Shown here one piece after another: positions 40,861 to 54,979 of a stretch of 64,000 nt of DNA (position 1 is its first letter; every line of letters begins with the position of its first letter). The notes below the pieces were generated by a model. The model ran no database searches, was not told the origin of the DNA, and was given only the letters and a program-made list of their open reading frames with translations. Source of the stretch: Octopus sinensis (Eukaryota). Made by a program: the position numbers and the translations under genes. Location: positions 248,001 through 312,000 of the forward strand of contig NC_043005.1 in assembly GCF_006345805.1 (NCBI RefSeq), written 5' to 3'.

Positions 40861-42248
40861 CTAAAACAGAAGAAAAGAAACAATGAGAAAGAAGGAAAAT
40901 TAGAAAGACACAAACAAATACACCTCATAACAACAATTACTGCAACATAAATTAAACTTGGTTATAGACAATCCTTTTATATTTGATAAGATTTCAGTTT
41001 GACTCTGTTTTATTGTCTCATTTCAGTGAATTTGTAGAAAATCTTTCATCAATAATGAACGAAGCTTGCAAGTGTTTATATTTCTTGCTGTATTTTCGCA
41101 TCGACTTTGACTTGTATATTTGACCACAACCTTTTAATGTTACTTCATATTAGCACATTACCACACAACCTATTATCGCCTAATAAGATATTCTACCAAA
41201 CTACATATTGTCACACTTTATCACATTAATCCTATGGTGATACTCATTATTACAGACACAGGGTGGGTGGTGCACAAGTAGGTATACAGTTATGAAAAAA
41301 AAAGAAAACATGTACAAAATTCATTAATTTTTATCAAAACAATTAAAAGTTACGATAAATGTATTATTATGATTAATGACACTGAGAATATTAAAAATGA
41401 GGCTAACTTTTATTATTAATTTTTTTTAAATAAAAATAAATGAGTATTGTAAGAGTTTTCTTTTTTCCCGGCTGTATACCTACTTTTGAGCTTTCCTGTA
41501 AAACAAAACGTATCGCATTTTGTTATTGATAATACCTAGAAGAAGGTGCTTCTTTTCCCCTCACCAAAGTGAATGGATCTTTGGCCAAGAGGAACTGATG
41601 TCATCACACTGTGTCTCCAACGATTATCAGATGTTTCCACACTGAACCGTAACACCCTCCTCTTTGTGATTCAGTAGAGGCGGCCAAATCTTTGCTCTTC
41701 ATCTCCTCCTGGCTTCTAGCTTAACATCTCTCTCTTGCTCCTTAATCAGCAAGCGGATATTTATTTTCCAGCATTATCACTCAGTATCACAAATTATAAC
41801 ATTGCCCTATATTATCGTATCACACAATCACATTAATCCAATCAGATACCACCTAATATTGGCTTCCAATTTTTGGCACAAGGCCAGCAATTTCAGGGGA
41901 GGAAGTAAGTCAGTTACATCAACCCCAGTGTTTCACTACTAATTCTGCCGACGCCCGAAAGGATGAAAAGCGAAATCAACCTCGACGGAATTTCAACTCA
42001 GAACCGGCGAAATACCTATTTCTTTATTACCCACAAGGGCCTAAACACAGAGGGGACAAACAAGGACAGACATAGGTATTAAGTCTATTACATCGACCCC
42101 AGTGCGTAACTGGTACTTAATTTATCGACCCCGAAAGGATGAAAGGCAAAGTCGACCTCGGCGGAATTTGAACTCAGAACGTAACGCAGACGAAATACCG
42201 CTAAGCATTTCGTCCGGCGTGCTAACGATTCTGTCAGTTCGCCACCTT

Positions 42249-42296
<48 letters not shown>

Positions 42297-42935
42297 CCTT
42301 TCCACTGGAAGCACACGGCCTCAAATTAGGGGTTAGGGTATAAGTCGATTACATCAACTCCATTGCTTGACTGGTACTTATTATATCAACCCCGAAAGGA
42401 TGAAAAGCAAAGTCGACTTCGGTTGAATTTGAACTCAGAACGTAAGGACGGACGAAATGCAGCTAAGCACTTCGCCTGGCATGCTAATGATTCTGCCAGC
42501 TCGTCGCCTTCAGATACTCCCTAATATTGCAAATTATCACATGCATATTCATACATTATCACTTTACTGTACATGATCACATATCACATATTTCACATAA
42601 TCGGATATAAATACTTACTCGGCGACGCATTGAAGTCCCGCTTGATGACGGATATATTTTACATCGAAATTTCCCAGAGGATTGGTTCCTCTTTTGCTCA
42701 GGACGCTTGTGACTTTTAAAACATCGAGAATTGTTGTTACCTTAGGCAGGGCATCTACGATATCCTTCTTGGTTCTGGGTGCCTGATACACGAAACAATG
42801 AAACAAATAAAAAAAGGAAATTAACCTATCAATTCATTCGTTATTAAATAGTTTTCTGGGAAAATAATATTATTAGCTTTCAAGTTTTGAGTTTGATATC
42901 GACTGAAGGGACACATTGTAAAATAAGTCTATAAA

Positions 42936-42985
<50 letters not shown>

Positions 42986-43238
42986 GAATTAAATTAAACC
43001 CAATCGGTGAAAATTTACACAACAAATGGAACAAGTGACAAAAACCCCCTCATCAGGTGTCTATCTACAGATCCTGCAGATTTCAGTACCTTAGAACAGA
43101 CCCACTAGTTTCTTCAACTATTTATCAGTGATGGTTGACAAGAATTGATGATAAATGAGAAATGTGACGGACACTCTGATGGAAATATAATCTTGGGTCT
43201 TAGTAACTGGAAAAACGAGAACAAAACATTAGTCTTTT

Positions 43239-43319
<81 letters not shown>

Positions 43320-44384
43320 TACTGCAAGATAACAGAACACATGAGCAACGATGAACAAAGGAGATATAGCAATGAGGTACAGAAAGTGACGGTGTGGCCA
43401 CAAGGAAGATAAGGGACCCGCTTGTGTGAAAATAGGGGAGGAAGTCTGGGTTAAACCACCGAAGGCGCGTTGTACGTCTCAATGGAGCAGAGGAACGGTG
43501 ACGGTGGTCAATTCCAGAAACAACGTCTGCGTGGATGGAATGCCACGACATGTCTTGGACCTTCGCAGGATTGTCGCTTCGTCAGACGACGATTGTGGAG
43601 AGGGGGGGAACGAGGTGCCTAGCCTGAGAAGATCTCGACGCGCAAGGCGCCATCCCGGTTGGATGGTGGACTACAATATGGAGTAGAGAGATTGTGATCT
43701 TTAAGATCAGGGTGGCGTGTGGGATGAAGTCAGCAGCTGGGGAGCTGACCAGAAGAGGAAGGGGCAGGAGTGATGCGCGCGCAGGCAGGGCAGCATTGGG
43801 CCTTTTCGATTAGGGTAGCCGAGTGAGTCGGACGTGTGAGCTCATTGTTAAGGTAGGGGAAAAGCAGCTGCTATTTCTAGTGTTCGGGTCGGGCCGCGTG
43901 GAAGGGTGCATTACCACTGGGGAGGTCTCCGTCGACGAAGAGAAGGTAGGTGTCCTTATTTCAAATCTCCCGCATACGCCACAGGTTTCTCTGGGAGAGG
44001 CAGACTGGACAGAGAAAAAGGAAGAGATGGATGCTGGGAACAGGTGACAGTGTGCAACGGAAAAGGTGACAGAGAAGAGAGAGAAAGAGAGAGAACAGAG
44101 GAAGGAAGAGAAAAAGAACGAGGCAACAATAATTTAAAACAGGATTACGATATATCTGTGTTCGTGTATATGTTTCTGGGTGTGTGTGCGCACCCGCTCG
44201 TGCTCACGTATGCTCAACTATTGAGGTCGTCTGGACACCTCCCAGTGTAGACGCGCACATTTAACTTTGGACTGCATCCAGAATAAAACCATTCACCGAA
44301 TGGAGGAGACTTCACAAACCAATACTTCTCAAACTCTTTCCTTCCCAATATATTCTGTTGCTGCTGTTGCTGCTGCTGCTGCTG

Positions 44385-44462
<78 letters not shown>

Positions 44463-45763
44463 CCCCCCGCAGTCTTTGTTCCGCTTCATCACCTTCATTT
44501 GAATCCATACTATTCTCACACAAACTCACTTTCCAGTCGTTCGTTTCGCCACGATAGCATCTTTCCTACTTTATCATACCACGTTATCACATGTTATCGC
44601 ATATTAACAGATATTCTCCTAATATCACATATTATTGTACATTGTTATAGATTAACACATTATTACTCGTTATTACACATTATCATATATTATCACATAT
44701 TTTTTTTATTATTTATTATCACATATTAAGCCATATTAACACTATTACTGTTATCAACAAAAAAAAAAGAGAGAGAGAGACAGAGGAACTTACTTTGTCT
44801 TTTAACAGCGGTGTCCTCAGCATCGATGGATAGTTTGCAGGGTGACCATATTCGTCATATTGTAGGAAATTGACAGCAGCATGTGACACACTGCAGGTGA
44901 AGATGATTACGGACACAATCCATTTCAAGTCCTCCTTTGAAGACACGTGACCCTTATCATCTTTCATTGGTAAACCCTTTAACAGACAATAGAAGATATT
45001 TTATATACAACCATTGTATTTAACTATTTAATGATATTAGGAAAAGTCTACATAATCGTTCGATCTGCTAAAATTAACAGCCTAATCTATTCAAATCACA
45101 CATTGCCGCAGTGTTTCTCAAAACTCTTTGACTTCAGAATAAACTTCGGATAAAAAATAGGAATACTGATCCATTTCGCTTTGATTTTCTTTTTAAGTTG
45201 TAGATTTTCAAGAAATAGAAATTTTTTTTTTGTTAATCATACAAATTTATGAAATTTAACTAAATTCTGAGTAATAAGCTCTTCAAGACATTCATTAATT
45301 GTATAGATTTTGTAAAGCATTGTATGATATTTTTTAAAATGTGCAAACCAAAAATTGAAGATCTTAGCCACATTCTTTTCTTTCCTACCCAGGCACAAGG
45401 CCCACTTAGCCACATCATTGCCAGTTGTGAAAGTATGTCTTCTTGTTACTTTCTCCCTTTAAAAGAATTTATTCAATTTATTTCAACTTTTACTTAAGAA
45501 CAATCGAAACCGACAACAGAGTTTAATGAAAGTGTAAATATTTTCTTTATTCTCTTTACTCTTTTATTTGTTTAAGTCATTTGACTGTGGCCATGCTGGA
45601 GCACCGCCTTTAGTCGAGCTAATCGACCCAATGACTTATTCTTTGTAAGCCTAGTACTTATTCTATCGTTCTCTTTGCCGAACCACTAAGTTACGGGGAC
45701 GTAAACACAGCAACATCGGTTGTCAAGCAATGTTGGAGGGACAAACATAGACACACTACATAC

Positions 45764-45813
<50 letters not shown>

Positions 45814-48107
45814 ATCAGAACAGTCCTGATATATATTATCATGTCTGTGGTTCATTTACCACCAAAGCTCAGCAACGTGCCATCACATGTGACATCAAGA
45901 AGATCTACCAGTTATAATTTGGCTGCTCTCTCGGAGAACAAGATAAGAGTTGGGCCCCGCACATCATCAGCTCAGCTTGTTCAAATGGACCAAGGGATTG
46001 GGTAAATAAGAGGAAGAGAGCAATGCCATTTGCAATACCTATGATATGGAGAGAGCCAAAGGATCGTTTCTTGGACTGTTATTTCTGCAACGATAATGTA
46101 TGTGGGTTTACTGTAAAGACCAAGCATAAGATTGTGTATCCCAACTTGGAATCAGCAAGAACACCAGCAAGATGAAGATCTTATTCCAATACCACCAGAA
46201 AATGGCCTTCAGATGTTTGACGAAGGTGTATTTCCTGAAGAAAATACTACTGCTGTGGAAGAGACCGAAGTGGATGCAGATTTCATGAGTGAAAGTGAAG
46301 ACGTACCACAGAAATTTTCTCAAGGAGAATTAAAGGATTTAGTTAGAGACTTGCCATTGTTGAAAGATAAAGTTGAACTTGGCTACAAGAAAAGTGTCTG
46401 CTTAAGAAAGATGTTTGTATTACTCATTTCAGGGTCTGACTTCATGCTTCTCTGTTGATGTTTCAGTAATAACAATGATGAGTTATTTCGCTGTTTGTTC
46501 CAAGAGCATGTTCCAGCTGAATGGCGCTTATTCATTGATTCATCTAAGAGAAGCCTCAAGGCAGTACTACTACACACTGGCAATAAGAAACCATCCATTC
46601 CCATAGGACATTCAGTGCACGTGAAGGAGTGTTATGAAAACATGCAAGTACTCCTCAATGCCATAAAGTATACAAACTACAGCTGGAAAATATGTGGAGA
46701 CTTGAAGGTGATTGGAATGTTGATGGGAATGCAATTTGGGTTCACCAAATATTGTTGCTTTTTATGCCTATGGGACAGTCGTGAAACTAACAAGCACTAT
46801 GTGCAATCAGAGTGACCTTTGCGAAAATCATATGAGCAGGAAGTCTCTAGCGTCCCGAGTAAGCCATTTTAAACCCAGAAAATGTTCTTCTCCCTCTTCA
46901 CATAAAGCTTCGCCTCATGAAACAATTCATGAAGACACTTACCAGGAAAAGCTCAAAAGGTTTTGAATATGTGAAGGTTAAATTTCAAAAAATCCCCGAG
47001 GCAAAACTGAAGGAGGGCATATTCATAGGTCCACAGATAAAAGAACTCCTGAAGGACAACCACGTCCTCACAGCACTGGATGAGATTAACCTTAAAGCCT
47101 GGGAATCCTTCAAATGGCTCTGTGAAAATTTCCCAGGCAACAAGAGATCTCTAGAGTTTAGAAATGGAGTGAAATGTCTTCTAGACTCCATCACTGCAAT
47201 GGACTGTCGGATGTCCATTTCCTTGATTCTGGACTTTTTTGCAGGGAACTTTGGAGCAGTGTTTGATGAGCTGGGGAACGCTTTCCTCAAGATATTGCAT
47301 CGATGGAACAACGATATCAAGGATTTTGGAATTCAGGAATGTTAGCTGATTACTGTTGGATGTTATACAGGGATGAACCAGAGACAAAACAACATAGAAA
47401 GTCCAAATCCCAAAGATTTTAAGTTGTTATGCATTTGAGTGTATTCTAAATTATTTTTACACAATAATTTTAATTTTGTACAATAAAAATCCATGAAATC
47501 ATCGTATCTTGTATTCAATATACTTTATATAGACATGCTTTACGTATCCTATAAGTTGAAAGAGCAGGCATCATTAACATGAAAATGTGACCTGACAGAG
47601 GAAATCGGACTTCAGATTCGTAACCAGCATCAAAATTTAACCAAGAGAAGTTAATCAGCAACTCTGATGATTAAAAAAGGTTTCATTTTGTTGACCAGTG
47701 TATTCTAGATAGTTGCTTGGCTAACCAGAAACAGCAGTCAAATCTCCTTCTAATCGCACTCTTACGCTTCAATCTTAATGAATCTCTCCACCAATTTTGT
47801 CCTATTCTTCTTTATAATTTGATTCATATCCAAAATGTTTTATAGAGATTCTAATTCGCACCAACACCAACAACAAGTAGTTGACGACTATATTGTGTAA
47901 TCCACTCCTAAGATAATTAAAAGTTAAGGTGGCCTCCATAGGATTTGAATTCAGATCTTTAAGGACCAAAAATAAAAATAAAAACACCAAGGTATATTTT
48001 CTGTTATTCTAATGATTTTACAATCCACTGTAAAAAGAAAAGCAAAAAACAAAAGAAAAAGTATTTAAAAAATGAAACTAAAGAGCCATTACGGGACTAA
48101 GCAACGT

Positions 48108-48157
<50 letters not shown>

Positions 48158-48436
48158 AGATTTTACTTTGTATAGAATTATGAACAGGAAATACCTTCAA
48201 TCCACCTCTGCTTGGCACGGACATATTTTCTACCCATTCCTGCAACTCTCCGTCCCCATCAACATCTTCATCCTTTTCTGAAATTATAAATAAATGGGGA
48301 ATACGATTGTTAGTCGCAGTCAGTTGCAGGAGAGAACTGACACGTTCCTCTCAACTCCTCAGGTGTATGAAGCAGTTGGCCTCCTACAAAAATTTCTCAG
48401 TTAATTCCCGATTCTTTCCACACATTTTTGGAGGTG

Positions 48437-48498
<62 letters not shown>

Positions 48499-49530
48499 AA
48501 CACTATAATGAATTAAAAGCAGCACTAGTGTTGTGAACATTATCGACCGCACATACTCAATGGGTGTGTTTTGCTTGTTCACTGGTACGCTCTGACATAG
48601 CGCTGTGGGGACGACTCCCTCTTAACACTGAGTGAAAACCACTGAAAGTCATAGACAGGCGAGTCAACTCGTCCCCCGATCGCATTCAGGAGCGATGGCT
48701 ACTGATATTTCGCCATTTCTGTAGTTTATCAATATAACGGACCCGAATTGAACCAGAGACAAGGAATATGAGTGGACAGATGAAAGAAAGAAGCACTCAA
48801 CACGGCTGGTTGGAGTTGTATGTATTTTATAACATTTACACTCAGCTCTACATCACTTACAATTTGTGATTGTAGAACACGTGCACATCCTGAGATGTTC
48901 AGAGACAGAGTAGAGGAATTTTTAAAAGATTTAGAAAACTTCGAGTTGAGATTGTTTAAGGTTCCGTTGGCCTGTCACCTTAGAAAAAATTGGTGAAAGC
49001 AATGTTTTCGTCATAGACGTCAACGAATCTTTGGACCGTGTCTGGTATGCAGAATCCTCTCGCCTAAGATTTCCACCAGTCTCTCATCTCTTGGATCGGT
49101 AGTTTTCTATCAGATCACATTAATGTGAGGGACGAAACCGGATATGGACGGGGACGGCTTTGACTTGTCTGGGTGAGTAACCGTACCGTTTAAGTAACTT
49201 GACCGTGTGCTGGACCTGATTCTGTGACTGCACACCCGTTAGAGATAGAAGAATTTGGGAGAAGCGAATGAGATGTTGGGAGTTGATAATAAGGTATGAT
49301 GAGGCAAAGACCAAGAGAGAGGAAACAGTAAAATTAAAGAGAGCAGAAGAACTGAGGATGGAGTGTATGTGTGTAGGGGGGTGAGTAGATGGAGAGAGAG
49401 AGAGAGTGAAAAAAAGAAAGTGAGAGAGAGAGCTGTTCAGGAGCTTAGAGATTTCAGAGATAACAGAGTGAATTCGAGAGAGTTAAGTAAGGAGAAAAGG
49501 GGACAAAAGAAACAAAGGAATCGAGTTGTA

Positions 49531-49576
<46 letters not shown>

Positions 49577-51940
49577 GCAACGAGCTATTGTAACTAAATT
49601 TCTGGTATTTCTTTTGTCCAATACTGTGTTGACTCCTCCTCTCCCATCCATTTCTATTTATATCTTATAAATAAGATGACTGAATAATCGAATATAATTA
49701 CCATAGTGGAGATCTATATAGCTGGACACGTACTTATATACACAGTCGTACAATAAAAGCGAATCATCTCTGAAATAGTATTTGGGCAAAACTTTCGGAT
49801 CGTCAACCTGAAATATGAAAGCAAAGAGTGATATCTTCATAGATAAAACGTGCCAGACAAATGTTTTCTTTTTATGCTTCATTAACCTTGCTGAGGAATT
49901 GTTTATTAATAATGAAACCTCATGCCAAGTTGCCTAAGAGACTGACTGCGTCTTGCTTTCACGTAGAACGAAATCCTTTATGAATATGTATTTGTGTATT
50001 CATTGAGTTTGCAAGCGTTGAGTGTATGGAATAACGTTTCATGTACCCCAGGATAGATGTGCATATGATATATAACTTACGTATTACAACCCAGAAATAT
50101 ATGTGTATGTGCTTATATCATATGTACGAAAATACTGGAGTCAGCTGAAGAGTTCATAGACTGATCAAGATGGTCTCATGGAATGTGACCAAATGAGGTG
50201 TATTTTTCAAGATGTCATCCTTGCAGTCTACACACTTCTTCCATCGGCGTTGCAGTGCTTGGATCTCATTGGTTGAGAAGCTTTCATCCGACTGGTAAAA
50301 AAAATGTCATCAACAGCAGATATGATGTCATCAACGTTGCGATACTGGTTCCGAGGCAAGTGTTTTATCAGATGAAAGTCAGATGGGATCCAAATGATAG
50401 AATGAGGATGGAGAGAGTGATCAATCAGTTCAAAGCCACAATGACGCATAGCAACCATTGAAACCAAAGACTTGTCTTGATGATCACTTTCACCAAACCA
50501 AAATAATAATAATAATTACTCATTTACGAAGACGACGAACTGGCAGACTCGTTAGCACGTCGGGCGAAATGCTTAGCAGTATTCCGTCCGTATTCATGTT
50601 CTGAGTTCAAATTCTGCCGAGATCGACTTTGCCTTTCATCCTTTCGGGGTCGATAAATTAAGCACCAGTGAAACACTGGGGTCGATATAATCGACTAGTC
50701 TCCTCCCCCAAAATGTCAGACCATGTGTCTATAGTAGAACGGATTATTTTGGGAAGATTGATTTAATTGAAGCTAATGAAACAATTGCAAGCTAAACAAT
50801 AAACGGCGTTTGATAACTTTTTTCTTTGATGTTCTTTTGATATATATATATATATATATATATACTAGGCTGGTGTTTTGTGGACTTTCGGATTGCTAGT
50901 GTAACGTGCTCCAGAGGAATATCTCCACTTTCCAACTTCCATACAGCCACCATTAATACAAGTTCTTCATGAGGAAAATGCCGGAATTACACAGCGACAT
51001 ATAAATAAGAATACAAAGCTGGCTCTTTACAAATCATTTGTCTTACTGTCCCTGTTGTATTCTTGTGAAACATGGACTTGTTATAAAAGGCATTTTAAAC
51101 TGTTAGAACAATTCCACCAGAAATGCCTTCATCGCATTTTAAAAATTAAATGGAGTTCTTTTACTCCAAACACAGATGTTCTTGTTTCTGCAGGAATCAC
51201 CTCAATTAAAGCTATGATTACGAGGAACCAACTGAAATGGTGTGGCCATATTGTTCAATGAAAGATGAACGCATGCCGAAACAGCTGTTTTATGGTGAGC
51301 ATGCAGAGGGGAAACGCTATCGACATAAAGCTAAAAAAAAGGACTACTATGAAGTCACTTGGAATGGTTCCAGAAGATATAGAAACCTTTGCTTCGGATC
51401 GAGTTGGATGGCGAACAAAGGTGTGGAGTGGAGTGAAAGCATTTGAAGAGGCCAGAATAACACAAGTAAGACTCAAAAGAGGTCCAAGGAAGAATGTTAC
51501 GATCGAGACGGCGAATGACAATGACCTTTTTGTTCTGCACAGTTTGTGACAGACCATGTCTTTCTTTTGTGCTGGGCTCAAATCTCATTTGCGAACCCAT
51601 GGAAAACGAACCTCCACCAACTATTCTGCCTATATGTCTGTGCACACCGTTGAATGCAGTGTATACCATAAAGTCTGCAAATCTAAATGAGGCCTTAAAA
51701 GACGTTTGAAGATCCACAAAATCAGAACCTAACTGCAGCTCTTGGTGGTCCAAATCGGATGCGCAATCTGTGTGGCTGTCTTTTCAAAACATTGTCTGGC
51801 TTAAAAGGCAACATCAGATACCATGATGGATCTAAGGTGTCCATACAGAAGGTGGCCAGACTCTGCATAATGAGCAGAAAACCATCATGTATATACATAT
51901 TTATAAATACACACACACACACACACGCGCGCGCACACAC

Positions 51941-51971
<31 letters not shown>

Positions 51972-54054
51972 TGTGTGTGTGTGTGTGTTTGTATGTATGT
52001 ATGTATGTATATATAAATACATATATGCATACACACACACATACACATATGTATATGTATAGTCTGAGTATCCTGTCGTTGCCGGATAATTTTCACAATA
52101 GAATGCCTTGGCGGACTTTCGGAATAGCATAAGATAGATTTTTCTCCCTTTTCTAACATGTATTGATGTTTTTCAGTATTCTGCCCCCCCCCCCCCAAAC
52201 ACATTTTATGAAATGATAAAGCAATATAGTCTATTGCTAAGATGTAAGCAACAACAAAATTTGTAATTGTGTGTGTGTGTGTGTGTGTGCACGCTCGCTT
52301 CAGTAAGAATAAGCATTTACTAACAGAAAAGCATGTTTTTAAAATAAGTTATCTTTTAAATACCTTTTTAAATCAATGTTGACCTAATGAAGCTCCTTAC
52401 TCATGTGCATACACCCACACACTCAGCGTGAGCGATATACTTTTATTGAGAGTGAGAAAATTTATCATGAGAAAATGAAAGATGAATTTCGAAATTTTTA
52501 AAATTAAGTGAAAAATTTCAAATTTGGTATATTGTTCTTTTTCACGACGAATCCAAGTTCGTGATTCGTTTATTCCTGAAAGATCTTAGTAAAGTGTTAC
52601 AGAGGTTTAAAGTTTCATAATTTTAATCTAATGGGAAAACAGAATTTGGAAGCTAAGCATTTTTTGTGTGATAAATTGTGTATCACAAAATGAAAGTGAG
52701 CATTAGAAGACCAGGTTTTAAACAGAATGAAGGCTATGTGTGAGAATTAATACATATACGAGTAAGAGTGAGTATCGAAGAGCATGGTAAATACAGATAG
52801 ATTGATGGAGATAGAGACTGGGAGAATTGTCGATCTAAAAGTCGAGTTATTTTTCATAGAAAATTACATTTTTTAATTATTATTAACGGACAGCATTGTC
52901 TTTGGGATGCAGATTTTGAAAATGAAATTAATTTTTCTCGAAGATGCACTGTTTCAGAGCCTTCTAGGGCTAAACACACATACACGTGCATTGTATTTTT
53001 TACACACACACACATATATATATATATATGTGTGTGTATAGATATTTCTATATAAGAAGTTTGTAATTTAATCTGTCTCGCTGCAAAGGATAATAGAAAG
53101 GAAAGTTCAATAGTCTGCAAGTGAAGTCAGCGCACGCTTCTCCAAAGACGTGTTTTACTGGCAACAACAAGTCCAATTTAAAAATACTAGGATCATTTGA
53201 AGAGTACAGTTCTTTGATTCACTCCGACCATTTTGAAGCGGGAGCAACAATGAACAGCATAAATTATACCCAGAGAAAATAGTAATCATCGGAATTCTCT
53301 TGATTAGATATGTGCATGGCAGGGGTTAACCTGACGTTAAACAACACCTCAGATGTGTATGATCTGCCAGAGAGATGTAAGAAACGTGCATAGCGAAAAA
53401 TGCAGGAAACGTACAAAGTGAAAAATGTAAGAAATGTTTCACGTACGTTATACAATGTAGTCTTAGATTATTCTAAGTAGAATGAATAATTAGAGAGAGA
53501 ATACTTCGAAGAATGATCGTGAATCTGTCGCCTCAATGAAGATTTACCTGGGGTTAAACCAAATAATAAGCAACAAAAGAATTACTTACTTTTCGATTTG
53601 CAAAATCATTAGCAGGAATTCCATCTCGATAAAAAGTCCCATTCTTGTAGTCTGAAAAAAGTATATATGCATGTGTATATGTAAATATTATAACAGTATG
53701 TTATAAAAATATTTTTGATATTCCTGAAAATTATTCTTCCAAGCACTTGAAAGTCTGTTGAAAAGTAGTGGATACCTACCAGGTATAAACCGAACTGAAT
53801 CAAACAATAATAATAATAATAATCTTTTCTACTGAACGCAGAATGTCTGGAATTTTGGGAGAGGGGTCTAAGCGATTACATCGACCCCGGTGTTTCAATG
53901 GTACTTAATTTATCGACCCTGAAAGGTGAAAAGCTAAATTGACTTCGGTGGAATTTCAACTCAGAATGTAAAGACGGACGAAATTCTGCTAAGCATATCA
54001 CCCGGCATGCTAACGATTCTGCCAGCTCGCTGCATAATAAGAAGAAAAATAATA

Positions 54055-54088
<34 letters not shown>

Positions 54089-54093
54089 TGATG

Positions 54094-54149
<56 letters not shown>

Positions 54150-54936
54150 TAATAATAATAAGAAGAAGAAGAAGAAGACACAACAAAGCTATAAACCAAA
54201 TGAAATCGAAACTAAAACTAGCACAACAACGGACCATGATAAAACGATGGCAAGAAAAGCCCCTTCATGGAAAGTACTGGACTAAACTAAATGCAAAAGA
54301 ATAGACAAAGAAATATCCCAGCATGGTTGAGAAGCTCAGGACTCAAAGCAGAGACAGAGGGATTTTTAATTGCAGCACAAGACCAAAGCCTCCCCACCAG
54401 AAATTACCAAAAACATGTAATGAAAAGAACATAACAAGTAACTGCAGAATGTGTGGAGATGGACAAGAAACAATAAATCATATTATCTCTGGCTGCCCAG
54501 TCCTGGCTAAGAAGGAATATATTCACAGACACGACAGAGTTGGGACCTACATACACTGGAAGCTATGCCAACATTATGGAATAACAACAGAAAAAAGATG
54601 GTATAGGCACACTCCAGAAAAGGTCACAGAAAACGAGAAAGCAACCATACTCTGGGATATGCCAATACACACAGATAGAGAAATTAAGGCCAATAGGCCA
54701 GATATAGTTGTTACAGATCATGAAGAAAAAAATGCTTTCTAATTGATGTATCAATACCAGCAGATGACGACGTGTCTCTAAAAGAAATGGAGAAACTTTC
54801 AAAATACAAAGACCTGGAAATAGAGGTAACCCGAATGTGGAATCTAAAAACAGAAACAATTCCTATCATAGTAGGCGCATTAAGTATGATAAAAAATATC
54901 AAAAAAAAAAAAATGAATAAATAATAATAATAATTG

Positions 54937-54979
<43 letters not shown>

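Noticed and set aside
43035-43095. Minus-strand GAAA-hairpin-UA...CUGAUGA resembling a type II hammerhead
   Set aside because: Only 5 nt lie between the UA and CUGAUGA, so stem I cannot form, and stem II pairing is poor. Retained only as a possible scrambled remnant.
48072-48281. Poly-Q ORF
   Set aside because: (CAG)n microsatellite antisense to a LOX exon, with no independent support.
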